Shown one piece after another: positions 46,408 to 50,601 of a DNA stretch of 52,826 nucleotides (position 1 is its first letter; every line of letters starts with the position of its first letter). Both the position numbers and the translations under genes were made by a program. The notes beneath the pieces are model-generated. The model saw nothing but the letters and a program-made list of their open reading frames with translations. It had not been told where the DNA came from and ran no database searches. The stretch is from positions 1 through 52,826 of the forward strand of contig JAXHNE010000007.1 of assembly GCA_034520885.1 (NCBI GenBank), written 5' to 3'. The DNA comes from Candidatus Saccharimonadota bacterium. GTDB lineage: Bacteria; Patescibacteriota; Saccharimonadia; Saccharimonadales; JAXHNE01.

Positions 46408-46741
46408 GCACAATCTCCCCAATAATTTCTATGATTTTTTTGCGTACTTCCTTGTCGAGTACATCTTTGGAGGCATTGTCTTGAGAAGGTCTTATATTGA
46501 TCATTGAGTCGAACTCTACAAAATCATCAGTCCCAAAATCATCTGGGTGTAGATTTATGCCCCACAAGTCATTCTGTCTGGAGCCTTGTTTTAGTAATTC
46601 TTGCTCACCATCGTAGTGCATCGGCATATCTAAAATAACGATTCGTTTCTCAATATCAACATCGGCTTTGACGAGCTCTCCAAACATTTTATCAGCCATT
46701 TCTTTAAGCTCATTAACTGATATACTCTTCACGATTTTCAT
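46400..46741 (-). CDS. hypothetical protein, first gene of a two-gene cassette
   Basis: 113-aa acidic ORF. TGTTATACT (46748-46756) 6 nt before the ATG. Confidence 0.6.
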   Translation of the reverse strand: MKIVKSISVNELKEMADKMFGELVKADVDIEKRIVILDMPMHYDGEQELLKQGSRQNDLWGINLHPDDFGTDDFVEFDSMINIRPSQDNASKDVLDKEVRKKIIEIIGEIVHE

Positions 46742-46790
46742 AAGATCAGTATAACAGACGACACCTGGTTAGTATGTCTTATGGGATATT

Positions 46791-46868
46791 TTGGTGCGGG
46801 TGATGAGACCCGCCAAAAGGTGGACAGGCAACTAGGGGCTCTCGAAGATTGATTATTTTTGAAGAGAC
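46791..46868 (-). repeat. R4 spacer module, copy b (begins with TGGTGCGGGTGA, identical to the first 12 nt of the tRNA-Gly 3' end)
   Basis: Direct comparison with 47927-47938 and with 45894-45995. Confidence 0.65.
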
Positions 46869-46927
46869 CAGGGGGTTAGATCTAGGCCCTTCGACAGGCT
46901 CAGGGTCATTCGACTAATAAAAACGCC

Positions 46928-47090
46928 CATGGTTTACCATCTTTCGACCATGAGGCTCAAGATCGAATGGTGAGCGAATGAAATGAGTTGAATGGTGCCG
47001 GATAGCCGGCATATTTCTAACCGCTACACCAGAGAAGGTTGATTTTTATAAGCTCAATGAATTAATCGGCCAATTCGATCTTGCAGCTTA
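46928..47090 (-). repeat. R3 (copy c) + R1 (copy e) spacer modules
   Basis: ..GAATGGTGAGCGAATGAAATGAGTTGAATGGTGCCGGATAGCCGGCATATTTCTAACCGCTACACC... Lies directly 3' of the stop of 47095..47664. Confidence 0.7.
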
Positions 47091-47094
47091 CTTA

Positions 47095-47664
47095 CTAAGC
47101 TAATAAGTGGGGGTTTGTTTTTTGAAGCTCTATAAACTGGTCTAGGTATGGCTTTAAGTATTGTGATTGTTCAATTTTAGAGCGGAACTTATTCTCCCAA
47201 CCCTTCTGCGTAAGATTATACTTTTTCCATAGAGCAATATCTCCATGAATTAGCGTGAAGGCTGGCATTAATTTATCTAGACCGTATATGAATTTACTTT
47301 CTTCATCAGCCATTTTTTCATACTGCTCAATAAGCTCAGCAAAATTGCTAGTGAGCTCATCGTTTTTTAGTTTCAGTAAGGCTTGGTGCTCTTTATTGGA
47401 TTTCTCAGCTACTTGTTTATCATCAAGTGGGAACGCGTCTCCTGCGTAAACTTCTACTAAATCGTGGATGAGTGCGTATTTTATTACTAGGCTTAAATCT
47501 AAAGGTAGATTGTCTTTAGAAATGATAAGCCACGCCGCCATCGCAAGGTTATAAGAATGTTCGGTATCGTTTTCAGGCCTATTTAATTTCGGAATTGGTA
47601 TATTGCGTTCTACTGCTTGAAAATCAATTAAGATACTAATGAAGTTAGTAATGTTTACTGCCAT
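47095..47664 (-). CDS. HD-domain phosphohydrolase (YfbR-like 5'-nucleotidase family; cassette)
   Basis: H..HD..D pattern (TEHSYNLAMAAW, LIHDLVEVYAGD). TGTTAGACT (47671-47679) 6 nt before the ATG. Confidence 0.75.
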   Translation of the reverse strand: MAVNITNFISILIDFQAVERNIPIPKLNRPENDTEHSYNLAMAAWLIISKDNLPLDLSLVIKYALIHDLVEVYAGDAFPLDDKQVAEKSNKEHQALLKLKNDELTSNFAELIEQYEKMADEESKFIYGLDKLMPAFTLIHGDIALWKKYNLTQKGWENKFRSKIEQSQYLKPYLDQFIELQKTNPHLLA

Positions 47665-47744
47665 TACATTAGTCTAACAAAAAGAGACCTGTTCCGCCTC
47701 TTTAGTTAGAAACTATACTGTTTCAAAATTCTTTGGGGTATTCA

Positions 47745-47766
47745 TGGTGCGGGTGAGGGGACTCTA
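47745..47766 (-). repeat. exact 22-nt direct copy of the tRNA-Gly 3' end (att-like scar)
   Basis: TGGTGCGGGTGAGGGGACTCTA is identical to 47927-47948. Confidence 0.85.
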
Positions 47767-47890
47767 CCTACATGTCAAAAACCTTTGCTTTTTGCTCGCA
47801 GGCCGCGGCTCGCGGTCTCGCTGAATTGCTCGACAACGCTCCGCCCGTTAGAGTCCCACGAAACTAAAGCAGTTTAGTTTCTCTCACTCC

Positions 47891-47916
47891 AAGAAAAAAG
47901 CCCTACACAGGGTAGG
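47891..47916 (-). terminator. terminator-like hairpin + T-run directly after tRNA-Gly
   Basis: On the minus strand, CCTAC CCTGT GTAGG then GCTTTTTTCTT. Same design as after tRNA-Phe. Confidence 0.5.
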
Positions 47917-47926
47917 ACGTTTTTCT

Positions 47927-48002
47927 TGGTGCGGGTGAGGGGACTCTAACCCCTGGCCTCTTCCTTGGCAAGGAAGCGCTCTAACAGCTGAGCTACACCC
48001 GC
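47927..48002 (-). tRNA. tRNA-Gly (anticodon GCC), CCA encoded; atypical D-loop (no GG) and T-loop (TTAGAGT)
   Basis: 76 nt. Acceptor GCGGGTG/CACCCGC, D-arm GCTC AGCTGTTA GAGC, anticodon loop TTGCCAA, T-arm AGGGG TTAGAGT CCCCT. Confidence 0.85.
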
Positions 48003-48047
48003 ATGATGTGTAATTGTATTATAAACGAACATATCCAGTTATGCGTT

Positions 48048-48177
48048 GCTTCCTTGGCCTGGCAAGGATTCGCTCCTATGTCATTCGATCATACCATGTC
48101 GATATGACGTGGCATGGCCGTATCGAATGATACGGTAACAGCTGCCGCGTCATTCGACACGATTCAGCTACACCCGC
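48048..48177 (-). pseudogene. displaced, interrupted copy of the tRNA-Gly 5' half with two insertions in the D-arm region
   Basis: Anticodon-arm-like GCTTCCTTGGCCTGGCAAGGATTCGCTC (48048-48075), AACAGCTG (48137-48144) and CAGCTACACCCGC (48165-48177) are colinear with the real tRNA. The insertions carry TCATTCGA / TCGAATGA motifs. Confidence 0.65.
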
Positions 48178-48630
48178 TCGTCACAGTACGGCAACTTTTT
48201 TGCCACACCAAGACGTTACTTATGGTTTGGCAGTCATGTTTGCCGGCTGTTCCTCTTTCCGATCAAAAAATCCTCTTTTTGATCGGGGGACAGAACCTTT
48301 ATGTTTATAAAAATTCTGTCCCTGAATGTTTTACCAAGTCGGGGGTAGATTATAGCGGAGGTGAAAGGGGCGGGCAAGTGCTAAAACAATCACTAGTCGG
48401 AAGAGTCCTCAACTTTGGGCATATGACCCAAAACCCGCACAAGTCCATAATTGTTTTGAACGCACGAATCACCGAACTATAAATACACAAAAATCAAATT
48501 TAAAGCGGATTTAAATCTGATTTTTTATGATATGATACTTATGTCGGTCACTTCACGAAATTTGGCCGAACACGGGAGAAACCGAGGTCTCCCCTGTTGT
48601 ATAAATTACATAATAATAAAAGGACGAACT

Positions 48631-48807
48631 ATGGGCACCAAAAAAATTGGGCACGAACACCGGCGGATGGTCACGCAGAATAACTCCGGAAGCTACAGTA
48701 TTACCCTGCCGATTCAACTGATCCGTGAAGTCAGCTGGCAAAAAGGCCAACGCGTCACCGTGAGGCGCCAGGGCAAAAAACTGATCATCGAGGACTGGGA
48801 GCGGTAA
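48631..48807 (+). CDS. AbrB/MazE/SpoVT-type DNA-binding protein (antitoxin-like), 58 aa
   Basis: SYSITLPIQLIREVSWQKGQRVTVRRQGKKLIIE swapped-hairpin signature. AAGGA 6 nt before ATG 48631 (the track ORF starts at 48532). Confidence 0.6.
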   Translation: MGTKKIGHEHRRMVTQNNSGSYSITLPIQLIREVSWQKGQRVTVRRQGKKLIIEDWER

Positions 48808-48881
48808 GGAAAGCTCGCTCAAGATCCGCTTTTTGAGTGAGTTCTAACTGCTACACTGTTAATGTTAACCAAAGGAGGAGT

Positions 48882-49112
48882 ATGAGCTTATTCAGCGACA
48901 TTAAGGCCAAGGCCGATGCCAACGGCGACGGAAAGGTCAACAAAGACGACCTGGAAGCCCTGCGGGACGACATGAACGGCGATAAAATCGACCAACTAAA
49001 ATCGGTAGCCGACCAAAACGGTGACGGCAAGCTGACCCTGGACGACGTCAAGAACTTCGACTTGGGCGACACCTTTGACGAAGCCAAAAACTCCTTATTC
49101 GGCGACAACTAA
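48882..49112 (+). CDS. small EF-hand-like calcium-binding protein (two DxNGDGK loops)
   Basis: DANGDGKVNKDD and DQNGDGKLTLDD loops. Strong SD AAAGGAGGAG before ATG 48882. Confidence 0.65.
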   Translation: MSLFSDIKAKADANGDGKVNKDDLEALRDDMNGDKIDQLKSVADQNGDGKLTLDDVKNFDLGDTFDEAKNSLFGDN

Positions 49113-49174
49113 AACTCTTGACTGATTACTAATAAAAGTATATGCTTTAGGCTTGTCTTTAATAAAGAAGCCGG

Positions 49175-49474
49175 ATGGAGCATATGCCACAATTCGTTGA
49201 TCGGATTCCCGAGTCACGCGATGAACTAAAAAGGAACGAACTGCCGATTTGCCAGTACGATATTCGCGGTATTGCCCAAATTTGGGGTGAAGAAGTCGCT
49301 GAAATCGCGCGTTATAGCGCCCAACGCGTGAGGCGCCAAGGTGGTGTCAACCCACAGGCAGTGGAGTCAATCATTCCCGAAGGGCGTGACGGTATGCTCC
49401 ATGAACACGAACTATTTCGTTGTATCGGTAACTTATTAGTGTGGTGGGAGCATACGGATAAAAGCGGAAGCTAA
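49175..49474 (+). CDS. hypothetical protein
   Basis: 99-aa ORF. TTGACT..TATATG promoter-like motifs at 49117-49145. No recognisable motif. Confidence 0.45.
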   Translation: MEHMPQFVDRIPESRDELKRNELPICQYDIRGIAQIWGEEVAEIARYSAQRVRRQGGVNPQAVESIIPEGRDGMLHEHELFRCIGNLLVWWEHTDKSGS

Positions 49475-49506
49475 TTGTCTGGTTGTTTGCTACAATTAAC
49501 TCCGAT

Positions 49507-49539
49507 GGCGCTGTGGCGGAATGGTAACGCAAGGGTCTG
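49507..49539 (+). repeat. displaced copy of the tRNA-Cys 5' half (positions 1-34, ending inside the anticodon)
   Basis: GGCGCTGTGGCGGAATGGTAACGCAAGGGTCTG matches 49822-49854 with one mismatch (49533). Confidence 0.85.
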
Positions 49540-49821
49540 TCGTACCTACGGTAGATCTCCCGAAGGGAGACAAAACCCCACATGTATCACGTATACGTAT
49601 TAATGAGTAAAAAAACCGGGCGTTTGTATATCGGTAGTACAGCTGATGTTGTAAATAGGCTTAGACTTCACAACAACGGTAGGGTAAAATCTACCAAGGG
49701 TTATAGACCGTGGAAGCTACTTGAGCACTCTAGCTGTGATACACGATCCGAAGCCACGAGGCTTGAGCGACATTTAAAGTCTGGACAACAGCGAGAACGA
49801 CTCAAGAAAAAGTATAACCAT
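49540..49821 (+). mobile_element. 282-bp insertion carrying only a GIY-YIG ORF, bracketed by tRNA-Cys 5'-half copies
   Basis: See the flanking repeats 49507-49539 and 49822-49854. Stable hairpin TCTCCCGAAGGGAGA at its 5' end. Confidence 0.6.
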
Positions 49822-49842
49822 GGCGCTGTGGCGGAATGGTAA
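49582..49842 (+). CDS. small GIY-YIG nuclease family protein (86 aa); the last 7 codons overlap tRNA-Cys
   Basis: YHVYVLMSKKTGRLYIGSTADVVNRLRLHN..GYRPWKLL..EATRLERHLKSGQ GIY-YIG/URI signature. Confidence 0.8.
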   Translation: MYHVYVLMSKKTGRLYIGSTADVVNRLRLHNNGRVKSTKGYRPWKLLEHSSCDTRSEATRLERHLKSGQQRERLKKKYNHGAVAEW

Positions 49843-49896
49843 CGCAAAGGTCTGCAAAACCTTTTTTTGCCGGTTCAAATCCGGTCGGCGCCTCCA
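49822..49896 (+). tRNA. tRNA-Cys (anticodon GCA), CCA encoded
   Basis: 75 nt. Acceptor GGCGCTG/CGGCGCC (one G-U pair), anticodon arm AAGGT CTGCAAA ACCTT, T-arm GCCGG TTCAAAT CCGGT. Confidence 0.9.
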
Positions 49897-49909
49897 ATAT
49901 TAATAACAT

Positions 49910-49996
49910 GCGCGGGTGGTGGAATTGGTAGACATAGGAGACTTAAAATCTCCGGCCTAAAACGGCGTGCGGGTTCAAGTCCCGCCCCGCGCACCA
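49910..49996 (+). tRNA. tRNA-Leu (anticodon TAA), CCA encoded
   Basis: 87 nt. Acceptor GCGCGGG/CCCGCGC, anticodon arm GGAGA CTTAAAA TCTCC, long variable arm, T-loop GGTTCAAGTCC. Confidence 0.92.
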
Positions 49997-50082
49997 TTAA
50001 ACTTCGCTATCGCTTCGCTTAATTAGCTATGCACTATACCTATATTCTTAAAAGCATTTCACAAGAGGGTGCTATTTACATT
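49981..50082 (+). repeat. direct repeat copy 1: last 16 nt of tRNA-Leu(TAA) + spacer + first ~18 codons of the GIY-YIG ORF
   Basis: About 100 nt with only a few mismatches to 50366-50467 (offset 385 nt). Confidence 0.85.
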
Positions 50083-50277
50083 GGCAGTACTTCTGATTTG
50101 AAAAGGCGGATTGGTAAACATAACGCCAACCCGGACAGTAAACATGTTGATAAATATCGGCCTTGGAAAATAGAAAGTTATTTTGCTTTTTCGGATAAGA
50201 GAGAAGCTGAAAATTTTGAGCGTTATCTTAAATCAAGTTCTGGCAAATCTTTTCTAAAAAAGAGGTTGATATCATAA
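50029..50277 (+). CDS. small GIY-YIG nuclease family protein (82 aa)
   Basis: HYTYILKSISQEGAIYIGSTSDLKRRIGKHN..YRPWKIE..EAENFERYLKSSSGK signature. Confidence 0.8.
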   Translation: MHYTYILKSISQEGAIYIGSTSDLKRRIGKHNANPDSKHVDKYRPWKIESYFAFSDKREAENFERYLKSSSGKSFLKKRLIS

Positions 50278-50365
50278 AGAGGTTGATATCATACAGTTTT
50301 AAGCAAGCGATGACGGAGTTTAATAACGGCCGGAGCGAAAGGTAAGCGTAGCAAAGCGGAGTTTA

Positions 50366-50467
50366 CCCGCCCCGCGCACCATTAAACTTCGCTATCGCTT
50401 CGCTTAATTAGCTATGCACTATACCTATATTCTTAAAAGCATTTCACGAGAGGGCGCTTTTTACATT
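50366..50467 (+). repeat. direct repeat copy 2, preceded by a decayed tRNA-Leu T-arm (GCGGAGTTTACCCGCC)
   Basis: CCCGCCCCGCGCACCATTAAACTTCGCTATCGCTTCGCTTAATTAGCTATGCACTATACC.. is repeated from 49981. Confidence 0.85.
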
Positions 50468-50470
50468 AGA
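50414..50470 (+). pseudogene. truncated second GIY-YIG copy (only the first ~18 codons are retained)
   Basis: MHYTYILKSISREGAFYI, then unrelated sequence. Track ORF 50414..50698 is a fusion artefact. Confidence 0.7.
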
Positions 50471-50601
50471 TCGAAAACCCGCACTATGACCGCGGAGATG
50501 AACGCCTTATCCACAGATAGCTCGTTAGCTCGGTTGACTTTTAACCAAAACCACGATAAGTTTTATTTAACTTCACAAAATAAATTTAAAAAAGTGAAAC
50601 A

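Noticed and set aside
39561-47090. Classical integron (attC sites between cassettes, intI nearby)
   Set aside because: The co-oriented single-gene cassettes suggested an integron. However, the R1-R4 spacers show no paired RYYYAAC / GTTRRRY cores or an attC-type long imperfect palindrome. The cassettes carry their own promoters, and no tyrosine recombinase ORF exists on either strand of the window.
48114-48482. Track ORFs overlapping tRNAs or tRNA scars (48114..48482, 35168..35434, 35444..35734, 35887..36345, 32430..32654, 44017..44313, 44229..44435)
   Set aside because: They run through tRNA genes, pseudo-tRNA fragments or repeat modules. They lack promoter or SD context and have no recognisable protein features, so they are judged non-coding.
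49507-49896. Group I intron with a homing-endonuclease ORF inside the tRNA-Cys anticodon loop
   Set aside because: The break is inside the anticodon and the ORF is GIY-YIG, which fits intron lore. But a complete, uninterrupted tRNA-Cys lies at 49822..49896, so no splicing is needed. The 282-nt insert shows no recognisable P3-P9 group I core by eye.
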